The translations under genes were made by a program, and so were the position numbers. Below, one piece after another: positions 12,101 to 24,200 of a DNA stretch of 64,000 bases (its first letter is position 1; every line of letters starts with the position of its first letter). A model generated the notes under the pieces. It saw only the letters and a program-made list of their open reading frames with translations. It was not told the DNA's origin and did no database searches. Location of the stretch: assembly GCA_946965045.2 (NCBI GenBank), contig OX337232.1, positions 434,001-498,000 of the forward strand. Reading direction: 5' to 3'. This DNA is from Epithemia pelagica. Taxonomy: Eukaryota > Protista > Bacillariophyta.

Positions 12101-12177
12101 TGCGATATCTTCAACGCACTGGGGATATCGGCAAAAAAGGACAACGCAAACGCAACAACGCCAACGTAGATTCATAG
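9114..12177 (+). CDS. Crypton tyrosine recombinase with C-terminal GCR1_C-like DNA-binding domain (~971 aa); exons 9114-9977, 10057-10729, 10799-12177
   Basis: Catalytic-type motifs ILRSES (R), HWCRH (HxxR), QLG|NW (W) and SRYS (Y). C-terminal LEDVYCEFFG...GLEKKYKSKWR...EKNFFSR resembles GCR1_C. A GT-AG and a GC-AG intron restore one reading frame. Confidence 0.9.
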
Positions 12178-12238
12178 ATCGGTAATGGAAAAAGAAAGTT
12201 GTCTATATGAATCCGTATGATCTCTTACTTCGTTAGTC

Positions 12239-12742
12239 CTACTTCGTATTCAATGGAATCGCAACTTGCCAAATCTGTAGGAACGCAAACTTTTCCGGAT
12301 GTTGATTTTTGAGGTCTTGTGGGGTCATTCCGCAAATATACTGACACTTGAATGATAGGAATTGTTCGTTGTCCGCCGCCATAACACCGTCATAGGTTAG
12401 GTGCTTCCCACCTGTAATGGATGTGCAATACTCAGCCCAGCGATCGTCAATGTGATAAACTTTCAACCTCTCCATACGGGTAAAACACCTCAAGTCATTG
12501 TCTGGATTATCCAGGAATACCGCCAGAGCGTACTCCTCAGTGTTGTATTTTTTGGGGGATATTTCTGGAATTTCCTGAGGTTTCTGGAATAATTTTCGTT
12601 TACTTCCATCATAATCAACAGACGAATCAGCAGACCAGTCTTCGCTAACTTCCTCTTCCTCGTCATTGCTATTCAACGACATTGCCAGGATCTTGTCAAA
12701 GGTATTTGGTGTGGTGGATTTCTCACTTTTTTCGTTACTCAT
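12239..12742 (-). CDS. Crypton accessory ORF2, unknown function; possible upstream exon at 12847-13140
   Basis: Open frame from MSNEK; acidic N-terminus followed by a globular-looking segment; convergent with the recombinase gene. Confidence 0.55.
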   Translation of the reverse strand: MSNEKSEKSTTPNTFDKILAMSLNSNDEEEEVSEDWSADSSVDYDGSKRKLFQKPQEIPEISPKKYNTEEYALAVFLDNPDNDLRCFTRMERLKVYHIDDRWAEYCTSITGGKHLTYDGVMAADNEQFLSFKCQYICGMTPQDLKNQHPEKFAFLQIWQVAIPLNTK

Positions 12743-13148
12743 GATACTATTTATGAGTTGGTTCTGCAGTCTCAACAGATTATGAGAAGGAGGAATTCGC
12801 CTTTCATGTGTAACATATATGTTAGAATATTAAGTATTCTTAAGCTCTATTCCATCTTCGATTTTTTTAACTCGCAAGTCGACATTTCGAGAGTACTATT
12901 ATCTCCAATGTTTTTCAAACCCTTTTCGGAACAATTGTCTACGTCCTCTGGTGCACGACCTTCACTGGTAAGGTCTGTTGAGTTCCGTTCTTCTTGATTA
13001 TTCGATTCTGATCTTGTCCCAGCGGCCAGCACCACATTTTCTGGAAGTGGGTTTGAGATGACTTCTTCGACCGAGGCAACTGTGTCTTGTGATTGGAGGA
13101 TTGATTTGTAGTATCGATTATTCTGTACAGATCTGACCAACTGGATGT

Positions 13149-13315
13149 GACATGGAAAGTTAGTGTTTTGGATAAGACATGGAAAGTGAGTGTTTTGCGG
13201 TGAATCCAGTGCCCCGACCTATTAGCTAGAAGAAGACAAACACTCACTACAAGTCTCGGTTACAAATTGTTAAGGTCGTAGTACTAAGAGTTGATAGGTG
13301 AAGAGTTGATAGGTG
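13149..13315. promoter_or_regulatory. Short direct repeats in the divergent ORF2/ORF3 intergenic region
   Basis: GACATGGAAAGT(T/G)AGTGTTTTG twice (13149, 13176) and AAGAGTTGATAGGTG in tandem (13286, 13301). Confidence 0.4.
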
Positions 13316-13443
13316 AACCAATTCCCAATTTGCGAATTGCGTTTTGAATAAACCTGTCCAACAAGAGATGCATCTGTTTAGGAACAAAACATCGTAGTCA
13401 CCTCTCAATCACGAAATCACCAAAGCACCATTGCATCCCTGTC

Positions 13444-15198
13444 ATGAGCAAGTCTACGAAGCAAACGTTGCTCATTGACCTCTGTGACTCGTCCGAAACA
13501 GAAGAGTTCAAAGTCGAAGTGAGAATGAACAAAAGCAACGACAAGAAGAAGAACAAGAAGGAAGAACAGAAGAAGAACGAGGACGATGTGATTTTGGAAG
13601 TCGATGAGGACAACACGAAAATGACAGAGAGTACAACGGAAAAAGAAGACGACACCGAAGCGCTAGATGGAAGGAAACGTAAAGCAAACGAAGTAACAAC
13701 CAACGAAACAACCAACGAAACTCGCCAGACATTTCAAGGGATGCAAGACGGGTCGTATTATCGTGATACAAAAAAACCACCACATTTCCGAGTGACGAAG
13801 AAAAATAAACAACCACCCCATCCAACAGACGACGACGACGACGAGGACAAGCCTGACCCATGGGCACAGGCTACTAAAGTCACCTATCCTGTCCCACTCG
13901 GAAACAAGGTTTACTACAGACAAAAAGCAACGGACAGAAATCCCCTGATTTTAATTTTTCGGTTTCATATGGAACGTCATCCTCCTCTCCAGGAACATTT
14001 GGAAGACATCGTGAAATCGTTTGTGAAAAACAAGTTCCCTCTTTTACAGACCGATCCAGACAGTATGCAGGCGAATGGGCCACACGAGCTACGGGAAACA
14101 ATGACGATAGACGGAAATATCAAGGACGGATCAGTTCTCGCCCGTGTTGATTTTTATTGCACTACTCACAAGGACTACGATGAAACAAATTACACACAAT
14201 TGTGCCTACAAACTGTGGAATCGCATGTAATCTACACAATGGGAAAAGGGTCCTTGCGCCTGATTGTTGCGTCTAACTGTCTCCATGTGTTCAAATATGA
14301 AGACAACGCCTGGCACTTTTCAACTACAAAAACACTGCAACCAGGAAACAAGGATGATCTCGTCTGTGTGAGACCATGTATGATCACCCAGTATCTGGAC
14401 GAACCAAATTTTGTCAGCAGCTATCCTGTATGTTGACGCAAAAGATACATCGTATCTATTCATACCTACTAGTATCTTAATAACTTCAATAACAGCAAGT
14501 ATCATATTCAGTTGTATATCTCATTTTTTGCTGAATGCCTCACTTCCCATATCCAAGATATGGACGTACCAACAATTATCGGAGATGGTTGTTTCCTTGA
14601 CCGGTACGACCGCGTGTACAGTTTTCACTGTCACACTCCGTTGGAAAGAAATGTGCGCATAAAGATTCTGAAGGACTCCCTGGAGTACATGGGTGATGAT
14701 AGCGCACAGAATAGACGGTTCACTAATCCAAGAGAGACAGAAATGACGACAGGGAGTGGAACAGTTTTTCGAATGAACGAAGAAGTTCGCTTCCATCGAT
14801 TCCCCCCAGACGGTATGCATATTCTGGGGGTTGATTTGTACGAGGCTCGTTTTTCGACGGCAAGTGTTCCTGTATTTCAGGTAATATGGAATTACATCCA
14901 GTTTATGTGTGGCTCCCCAGTGTTACACCACAAGGTTGTGCCGCCTATCCTTCACAAGTACAACGAGGACGGACAGCTGCAAGAGGTATATTCAACGAAT
15001 ATATCATTGTGTGGAACTGTGGGTATGTATATTTCGAATGTCGGTATGGGGATGACACCTCTTCACGACGTGTTGTATCACCCATTTCAGACTGGGTGGA
15101 CAGGCTCTCTATGTGGTCGTGTTATCCGTTGTGAACGAGGTCGTATCCGGCGCGGAGAACCTGAATACATACGCTTTGCATATCGGGGTGGAAGGTAA
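13444..15198 (+). CDS. Crypton accessory ORF3, unknown function (~556 aa); exons 13444-14427 and 14512-15198
   Basis: An 84-nt phase-0 intron GTATGT...TTCAG joins the 330-aa and 228-aa ORFs; charged disordered N-terminus with an RKRK NLS-like motif. Confidence 0.6.
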
Positions 15199-15399
15199 AT
15201 TAGATACTACATCAGTCACATAAGCGTTATTTTAGTGCCATTAAGAATAAGTAATCATTATCAGCAATCGAAATAACGGATCTTTATAACCGTCATGACT
15301 TGAATTGCTATGATATAAGGTACGCGCGCGCTGAACAGAAAGCCGGCTTAGTAAGGTGAAACAAGAACGAATTTGTGAAGAAAGAAGAAACAACCAACC

Positions 15400-15807
15400 A
15401 TGGCGAAGAAGAAGGACGACTCCCAATTTTTGACGAAGGAAGAAGAAGAGGACCTATGGTGTGGAATGTGCAACCGCCGAGGGGAGTGCGACGACTGCGA
15501 GCAGTTGTTCGTTGAAGCCTTTACACGTAAAGCCATGAACTTCTTCGGAAGCCCCGACGATGCCAAGCTGGTGAAACGATTGACAAGTGAGGAAAAGAAG
15601 ATTCAGACAGACAAGATGGACAAAGCTTGGGAGTATCTGTGTAGTTCGAAGAGAAAGCTCCTATTCGAACAGCAAACAGAGAAAGCGAAGAAAAAGACAA
15701 AGCAACAGACGATGGGAGCCTTCATTGTCAAAAGCAAAACCAACAAGAAAACAAAGGGAAAACAAAGGGATGAGACGAAGAGAGAGAGATGTAATCCAGT
15801 ACCATAG
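15400..15807 (+). CDS. Crypton accessory ORF4, small Lys-rich protein with a CxxC-x5-CxxC motif
   Basis: WCGMCNRRGECDDCE; the 3' end overlaps a ~170-bp imperfect tandem duplication (15708-15877 vs 15878-16021). Confidence 0.5.
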   Translation: MAKKKDDSQFLTKEEEEDLWCGMCNRRGECDDCEQLFVEAFTRKAMNFFGSPDDAKLVKRLTSEEKKIQTDKMDKAWEYLCSSKRKLLFEQQTEKAKKKTKQQTMGAFIVKSKTNKKTKGKQRDETKRERCNPVP

Positions 15808-17010
15808 GCAGTTTCTCTAATATTAGGAAAGTATTTTGTATACTGCTCTGTACAATGCAAAGAACCATTTTGACTGAGACGATGGGAGCCTTCATTGTCA
15901 TAAGCAATACCAACAAGAAAAAACACACGAAGAGAGGAGAGAGACCAGTGACCAGTACCGTAGGCAGTTTCTTTAATAGTAGTATACCGTTCGGTAAAAT
16001 GCAAAGTGCCATTTTGACTGTAAGAATAATGTGTAGATCAGTTTCGAAGAAGTACGAGAACCACGATAGAAAAAGACATACCGAAAATGTATAGGGAGAA
16101 TCAACTGTGTTCCTATATGTTCCGAAACGTATTGGGATTTTGGGTGGGTAGGCGTGAAAGGCAGGTGGAAAAACCGTTAACTGTGCGCAGGAGAGATAAT
16201 TTGGTCCAATTCGGTTTTCAGGATTGGGATATTTTGGGCGCGTATCCTGCGTGATCCACCGTGGGACACCCCCCCTTATCCTAGGATAAGGCTTAATAAT
16301 CCGATGAAGGATAACGTTTCATTATTTTTTCCGTTCATGTAAGTGAATGCTGCCATGACAGTGGGAAAATGCATCCTTTATCTCTTATTGTTGTTGTTGT
16401 TTTGGTGTCAGAGCCTCATTGAATGAGACCTTGCATTTTACCGTCATTCTTGTCATTGATGTTATTTTAGATCCTCTAGGGTTAAGGTTTTCACCTTTTT
16501 GGGATCCATTAGGGTTACGGGATAGCACTCTAAAATAGTTTTAGAGTTTGAAATCGAAGGTATAATATAATTAGATACTTTTAGAATGGCTCTAGAATGT
16601 CAAGTATAATTAGAGGCGGCCACCCTGATTAGACCGGTTCCTTTCACGATTTTTATGGACGGGTTTGATTGGTTCATTTTATACTCCTATCATTTTGTTG
16701 CGGGGTTCGTAATTTTTACTATAGTCTGAGTTGTACAATTTTGATTCCTTGTCCGACGTGCTGTGGGTGGGTTTAAGTTGGGAGTGATTGGGAGTGAATC
16801 TTTCCTTCTCTTGTTCCCGCTTATACCACCTTCAACCTTTTACTTTGCGCGCTTCTTGGTCGCGCAAAAATACGAGAGCACACTGACGTGGCGATTCCCA
16901 CCGACAACCGACAATCCTCTGAGTCTGAGCGTTTGTTGCCAAGAGGAGCCGTGCAAATTCCGAAAGAGTTTCTCATACATTGAATTGTTTGTGTTCCCCC
17001 TTTTAGAAAG

Positions 17011-17562
17011 ATGACAAGCACTCTGTTTTTTTCCCTGTTGGGAAGCTGGCTGTTGGCCGTCCTTCTATGTGCAAAGGTGACGGTGGCATTCCTGCCGACC
17101 CGTCCTTTCATGAGCCCGAATTTTCACACGACCTTGTGTCGTGCAAGCTCGAAAAACCCGACCGACATGACCAATAGAGAACTGCAAGTCGCCAGTGTCG
17201 AGGCAGCAAAAGAGTCAAACAACATTGCAATGGAAAAAGCAGACGCAGCAAACGCCATTGCTGTCGTCGTGCCATTAGTGATTGCTTTTGTTGCTTCCGA
17301 CAAGATGGACAAAATGCAAGCGTCTAACGAAAGCTTACAGGAAAGCTTACAGGTCAAAAACGAAATCTTTCAGTTGGAGATCAAGAAGCTCGACACAGAC
17401 AACCAAAAGAAGAAGGATGAAATTCAAGATTTAATTGATGCCAAGAAAGGCGCGACTGCGAGGAGTTTATCCCGCCCAAGTGAATTGAATGATGGGGCTG
17501 TCGCTTGGCTCAAGAAACAGACGGTGGCCGAACAGGGAAGCGCTTTGCCTTGGCTGACGTAA
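17011..17562 (+). CDS. Plastid-targeted coiled-coil protein, paralogue 2 (183 aa, no full 11-aa repeat)
   Basis: Near-identical to 3887-4468 with in-frame deletions. Confidence 0.7.
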   Translation: MTSTLFFSLLGSWLLAVLLCAKVTVAFLPTRPFMSPNFHTTLCRASSKNPTDMTNRELQVASVEAAKESNNIAMEKADAANAIAVVVPLVIAFVASDKMDKMQASNESLQESLQVKNEIFQLEIKKLDTDNQKKKDEIQDLIDAKKGATARSLSRPSELNDGAVAWLKKQTVAEQGSALPWLT

Positions 17563-17894
17563 AAGTCCTACGTCGAGACCATGGCAAAACAAATGGGTTT
17601 TTGGGACGATCCGACGGGAAATTATGGGAATAGACGCTTTGGCCTCCAACTGAATAAAATAGAAGAGATATAACGATTAGGGCAAAGAACTTAAGCACAG
17701 CACTTTGTTGGGTGGTATTACATTGCCTCATGAACATGGGTTTCCAGAATGTCGACACTTTGGTGCGCCCAACCAAACAGCAATGTAGAACAGGCTTCAT
17801 TTGTGTGCAGCGTGGAGATACTCAAAAGGTCATTGCACAACATTCAAATTTATAACTGCAGTGAAAAGTAGTAGAGGTACCTTAACTCTATGGT

Positions 17895-19492
17895 AGTTAC
17901 AAACTTGTCCTCAACCACAGCGGTGGTGTCGACGAGATGACCTCCTCGTGTCGCGTCTATTGGAATCGTCAAGCGGTCGTCGTCGTACAACCACAAGAAG
18001 AAGCGAATGGCAATCTCTTCCCAGTATCGTGTGAATGGGACCTGACATCCACCTTGTTGCGGCAACAACAAGCACAACCAGCGGGGCAACAGCACCATCA
18101 TGAATTGATCACTGTGAGCAGGGTTGGCTGGTTCTAATTGTGGGATCGCTTGCTGATCGAACTGATTTGTCAACATCCACAGGCTGACCTGGTCCACTAT
18201 TCCGATTCCAGGCCGAGGCCTATGGAAACTTGCAGGTACAAGTGCATTATCAAGAACTATCACCACCAGTCAAAACGGAACCAACCACGGACGACGACCA
18301 TCACGATACGGGCATGAATACGCCTACGCACGCCCACGGAATACTATACAACGAGGACGCTTTTTCAAAGTGGCCTTGTACCAAGATTCCTACCACGAAC
18401 CAGCAAATTACAACGACGACCACAAGAACAACAAGAACAAGCGTGAAAACACGAATGCTTCTAGTACCACCACAAGTCAAACTGGGTGTCCTCCTCCTCC
18501 TTGTCCAATAAATGGCGGGCAGGATCCTGCCTGTGGCAGAAAACCATTTATTTGCCCCTGCATGTCCATTCGGCGAGTGCATCGACGCAACTCAACGCGA
18601 CGCGACCAGTACGACTCAACCCTGGACAGCCGAAACACAGCACTTGTATACCTTGGTCTTTTCTTTGCATCCTGCCATTCGAATCCGGCCATCATCACCA
18701 TTTGACACAAACAACAATGACGACAACGACGACTCGGGAATAGGAGGCTGGCCCCTGGACCCACCGTGCAAGCCGAATCCTGTCGTGTGGGATTTTGAAC
18801 CATTTCCATCAACCACAAGGGTCAACTGTGCCTAAATCACCAACCCATTACCATTTGCGGTGTCCATTGGAACGACACGAAGAATACGGACAGTGTCGTT
18901 TCCATTCCATCCATGATTCGAGACCTCCGTTTGTGAAAACAATACAATTTCAATGCCGTCCGGATCACCCGTCAAACCTTGTATGGTATCTGTGATGCCT
19001 ATGGACTCCATGTCTGGAACGAAGTCAATCTCATTGGAGACACCAGATGTAATACCCGCCACAGGAATGGCAGGAATCCGATGTTTTCTCAGTGGTGGTG
19101 GCAAGTAGGTCGTCAATATCCTTTGGCCGGCGATCCAGGTACCACCTTGGAGTCTCGCATCTCGCTACTGGTCCAACGGGACCGTAATCATCCCTCTGTC
19201 ATTGTCTGGTCGTTGGGGAACAACAATTCCAATGTCATCCATGACCTACCTTTTGGGTGGAACTATGTTTCCAAACCAAGCGTTATGAGCAACCGTGACT
19301 CTATTTTCCATCAAGGCTGCCGTCTGATTGAACAAAATTGGACACTTCTCGACCCATTTGTTCCAATGGTGATGGCATCACAACCACACCCATTCGACGT
19401 GACATGAAGGAATGGACCGAACCTTCCGACTGCTCCGCTTGTGACCCGAGAAACGAATACTACGGAGACAGATCCTAGCACTGCCGTCGTCT
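17895..19492 (+). pseudogene. GH2 beta-galactosidase fragment, unit 2 copy
   Basis: Near-identical to 4800-6400. Confidence 0.85.
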
Positions 19493-20996
19493 GACGACAT
19501 GATGCTGGGAGGGGATATGGTCGTTGTTGTTGTTGTTGTAGGATTCGTGGTGGTAAATGCTAGACGCGTTGTTGTAAGGCTTGGAAGACAATTGGCTCCG
19601 GCACTACTACCTCCTCCTCGAAGCCGAGCAATGCGAGAATGCTGGAGTCGAACCAACGCGGTACGACTCCAAAAAGAGACAGAAAGAGGACTGGAAGCCC
19701 AACACTGCACGGGACGAATGGCACACGAGGTCCAACACCAATACCACAAGGATACCGCGGATACCAGACTGGACCGTTTGATGCTGCCTCGACCACTCCG
19801 ACGACGATGCACCACTGTGGAAAAAGACGAAGAATACGGTCGTTCTCGAGAAGAAGACGGACTCCTGGTGCTGTTGCTGCAAGTCTTGTTGTTCTTGTTG
19901 CGAACAATTGCGAAGGGAAACAGCCACTGCTGTGGAGTGGACACACCCAGAATCGAGAGTGGACAACGACAACGAGAAAGGTAGGAACACAACAAGGACG
20001 ATCGTGCCGTCACCACCACCATGGCCCTTTCGAATTCGATATCACCACCACACAAAGCCTTGTTGTTGTTGCTTGTTGCACACTCTTTCAAACTTGAGCG
20101 CAGTCCACACACTCTTCAACCCTTTCTTGTTGTCGCAGTGAGAGACAAGACCGAGTTTTGTATTTCGGCGTTGCTAGTTGCTACGAAAAAAAGGTTCTGT
20201 GTTTGATATCGCCTACTCTGTTTTCTGTTTTGCCGTCGGATTCTGATGTGTCATTATCATGGCCACGCACCTGTTTTGCAATCTCTAGCCTTCTATATAT
20301 GGCTGAAGTGTGATAGTTGTTCTGTTGTGAGTTTTCAGCAACCGCTCCGTTTTTGTAAGAATGGACCTGAACGGGAACCATTTACCCCAGCTATCATCAG
20401 TCTCGGTAGATCGAAAGAATGTCAGAGAGTAGGTACGGAGTAGGTAGTCTAGGAGAAGGAGGTTTTGGTGATCCTTCAAATAGCAGGACAACCAACCAAC
20501 CAACCATCCAACCAACACACCAAACCCACCAACCAACCAACACACCAACCAGCAAACACACCTCCTTGAATTCAACAGAACTTGTTGACCGTTTCGATGT
20601 CATGGGACGGCGCAAGGTCTTTTGGAATGTTTGATTCACAATGCCCTTAACTTTTCCCTTGCCCAACCACTGTGGCTTCTCGCATTGATTTTTCCATAGT
20701 TGTGGCTGCATGGGCCATTACAGTTTCCAATTCTGCTTCATCATGTTGCCAAGCACAGCTCCTTTGTCGTGCGCTCAACAAGTATTGTTAATCGTTGCAA
20801 AGGACCAAAGGAGTCCCCACAATTTGGTGGACGACGACAACGGCGATCTCGATTCCGACGACATGAACAAGAAGAGCAACATGGAAGCAAGACAATTCCA
20901 TGGCAACGACCCACGAGATATAAATATCCCTCTTGACGACACGGTGCTGTTGTCGTCACGAGATGCTTTTCTTTGTCATCGTCCACCATCATCCAG

Positions 20997-21165
20997 TGAA
21001 AAGGGGATGAATTGGGAAAATTATGATAGAAGGTTAACTAGTTCGTACGTTCCTAAAAGATATGCAAGTAGTGCGTCAGTCCAAGTGTGAGGCTGGTTGG
21101 GCAAGGTGACGTAGGACCTTGTGAGTCAGCTCTAGGCTAGTCTCCATTAGGTCGCACCCTTTTCA
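20997..21165 (-). repeat. 3' LTR; polypurine tract GAGAGGGAG at 21166-21174 (minus strand)
   Basis: Direct repeat of 27860-28028. Confidence 0.95.
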
Positions 21166-21235
21166 CTCCCTCTCAGCCGAACACGGATGAGATAATGGAC
21201 TTTAAAGGTGTAAATTGTGAGAATAGATTTGGTGG

Positions 21236-24200
21236 TCACCATCCACAGAGGAGCTTCCGAATGTGCTCAAACGTGGATTGGGTGAGACCTTTGGTCAGAA
21301 TGTCGGCGCGCTGTTGTGTCGTATCAACTTTGACGACTCGCAACCGATCGCTAATATGTTGTCGAAACCAGTGCATCTTCACTGCGTAGTATTTCGACCG
21401 AGGTGTGATCCGTCCAGGTTCTAGGTTGGCCAAAGTCAAGGCTCCCATGTTATCTTCCCAGACTGTCGTCTTAAATGTTGTTGTATATTCTTTGCTGAGC
21501 CCAACTCCTTCTGCAACGTGGGTCAACAGCTCTCGTAGTGGTAGGACCGACTTTAACGACTCACTCAATGCGTTGTATTCGGCCTCCATCGTGCTCAAGG
21601 CAATTGAACTTTGTAATTTGCTTGTCCAGACCATGGGACAATTGGCCAAACAGATAGCGAATCCCGTGCGACTTTTCACACAGGTTGAATCCAATTTTTC
21701 TTCATAGGGCCACAAACCAGCGAAATCGGCGTCGACGAAGCAGTCGATGTCCAGATTCGTGGAGGGCTTAAGGATCAGTCCTTGATCTTGCGTGTGTTTA
21801 AGGTACTGTCCAATCTTTTCAACGGCTTGCTCATGTGACCTCTTTGGGCTAAAGGCAAAGCGTGCACATTGACTCGCCGCATAGGTGATGTCGGGGCGAC
21901 TGTGCGCTCGTAAATACTGAAGCATCCCAATCACACTTGCGTAGTTGTATCTACCTTGTGGGGGATCTCCATTCTTGTCTTCTACAAGGGGCTTAGATAA
22001 AGCTGGGGTACAGCTTCGGTCCAAGTCACCAACTTGTAAGGCAGTTAGAATTCTCTTAATCAGACCTTGTTGGGTCAATTTGATTGTTCCTTGGGTCTCG
22101 TCACGTTCGATATGGACACCCAAAAATCCAGCCACGCTGTCTTCAACATCGAGCTCAGCGTTCTCTTGTTTCTTGAGTTTATCAAGTACTTCATCAATGT
22201 ACTCTCTTTTGGGACTGTAAAATAGCGTGTCGTCGACATAGGCTACCGCTATTACCTTGTCTGAAATAAATAGGCAGGGATCAACCGAGTCCTGGGCAAC
22301 AAAGCCGACTCGTTCCAACTGTCCTTTGAAATGTTGGAAGAAATTCCGTGGGGCTTGTTTCAGCCCGTACAGTGATCGTTGTAGTTTTAGTACCTTTCCG
22401 TCTTGTCCAAATCCTCTGGGCATCTCGACGTAGACACCGCTTCTTTCACGCTCTTGACGTGTCATTGAGTCCCATTTGGGATCACGATCAATTGGGGCGT
22501 GAAGGAATGCCGCGGTGTAGTCTACCTGCACTGTGGCAAGGTTTAGGATAATAGATAGGATGAGCATCAAGCGGACTGTGGTCCAGTTTACCACTGGGGC
22601 AAAGGTATCGAAGAAGTCCACTCCTTCCACTTGAAAGTCTCCTCGAGCGCAAAATCTTGCTTTCAGTTTCTTGACAGAGCCGTCAGGGAATCGCTTCCTT
22701 TTGAAGGCCCATGTAGATGGGATTACGTTCATCCAAGGTTGGCGATCGACGACTATCCAAGCCTTCATGAGGCGGAATAGCGTGTCTATTTCCTTTTTAC
22801 ATGCCTCCATGAAGCCAGCGGCATCTGGACCGCTCATGGCTTCGTTCCATCTGGGGTTATCCGCTGCATCGGCCTTGGTGATCAGTACCATTGGATGCAT
22901 AGCCTCGACAGTTCCTGTCTTAGGGTTGGTGTTCATGTCCATCATGCGACTCATCAGCGTTGACTGTGTGGATTTGAGGTCACGGATGGTTGAATTCCAG
23001 TCAAGTCCTGCCAGGAATGAATCGTTTAAGCAGTCACGCTTTACCTTTAGTCGCGCATAATCATCATGACCAAAGAGCGCGTGCTCCTTCCAACGTTCAC
23101 GCGAGTACGAGGCGTACTTAGGATTAGGTTTGCGTGCGCGCTTTCCACGACCAAAGTGCATCTCGTCCGGTTGTTCCAAATGTTGCGCACGTCTTGACTT
23201 CTCTTGTGCGCGAACTGGGTCTTCCTCATCCTGTTCCTCGTGCTCAAAGATTACAATTTCGTCTCCAGAGTCGATGGTGGAGTTGTTGGGACCGTCCCAC
23301 ATTCCATCCACCACCAAAGGTTGAATCAAGTCATCTGGAGGAGCGGCTGGTGGATTTGGCTCCACGTTATCCAAAGGAAAAAGGTGAGGGAAAATGGGGT
23401 CTCCATCCGGTTGAATCTCACTGTCGTCATCTCCCTCTGGAGCCAAGGGCACCAGAGCTCCCTCTGGAGCAGCAGCTCCCTCTGGAACAGGGATGGGAGG
23501 AGGAGGCAAAGGTAAGGGATTGATCCGAGCTGCGTCGTTTTGTTGATGGCGAAGAGCATCGGCTTCCTCAGGGGTCAGCCAGTCCTGGTGAAGGGGTGGT
23601 GGCTGAGGCTGTTCGTCGTCAAAATCGCCATCGTCAATCCGCTCCAGACCAGAGGCCACAAGATGGTCCCAAAAGGACCCTGTGAACATGTCTTGTTGTA
23701 GGACACCGCCAGTTTCGGCGTTAGGGACACTTGAAAAGAGGTCGTCGTAGACGACGTGATATTGCGGACTCACATAGCCGGTAGAAATATTGAGAATTAA
23801 GCCCACCGTGCTAGAATGGTCGGGAGAGACTCCGAGATATTGCCCTCGACGGGCACGAGGCGACCACTTGGGAAGTTTCTTCCCGTCTTGGATCTTCGGG
23901 TCCAAAACGTACACTGGACAACCCCAAACATGGCTCCTATGCAGATGGGCCAAGGTAGGGAAAACTGTTCCGGTAAATAATTCCAGCGGGGCAATAAAGG
24001 AACCTCGCTTGGGAAGATTATTCCACAACCAGATAGCATGATTGAGAGCGAAGGGCCATAGACTTAGGTCATGGGCGTGCTCCGGCCAATGCAATACTGC
24101 GTGCAACATCATAGTACGGGCCCAAGAGGTTACCGTACGGACGCCACGCTCGGCCACACCATTTTGGTGATGGGCCCCCACGCCAGAAAACGACAGGGAC

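Larger units (their letters stand above)
8683..16326 (+). mobile_element. Complete Crypton-type tyrosine recombinase DNA transposon (7.6 kb) with 8-bp terminal direct repeats TCATTATT
   Basis: TCATTATT at 8683-8690 and 16319-16326. The paralogous empty site near 31472 has one TCATTATT between the same flanks (AAAACCTTGTC and TTTTCCGTTCATG). Encodes a tyrosine recombinase. Confidence 0.92.
8565..16627. mobile_element. hAT-like MITE (unit 2 copy) split by the Crypton insertion
   Basis: TAGGGTGGCC at 8565, GGCCACCCTG ending at 16627, ATTAGAC flanking both sides. Confidence 0.6.
6401..19492 (+). repeat. Tandem chimeric unit, copy 2 (enlarged by the Crypton insertion)
   Basis: Same ORF translations as copy 1 at offsets of ~5775 and ~13094; junction GCCGTCGTCT|GACGACATG at 6400/6401. 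Confidence 0.95.
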
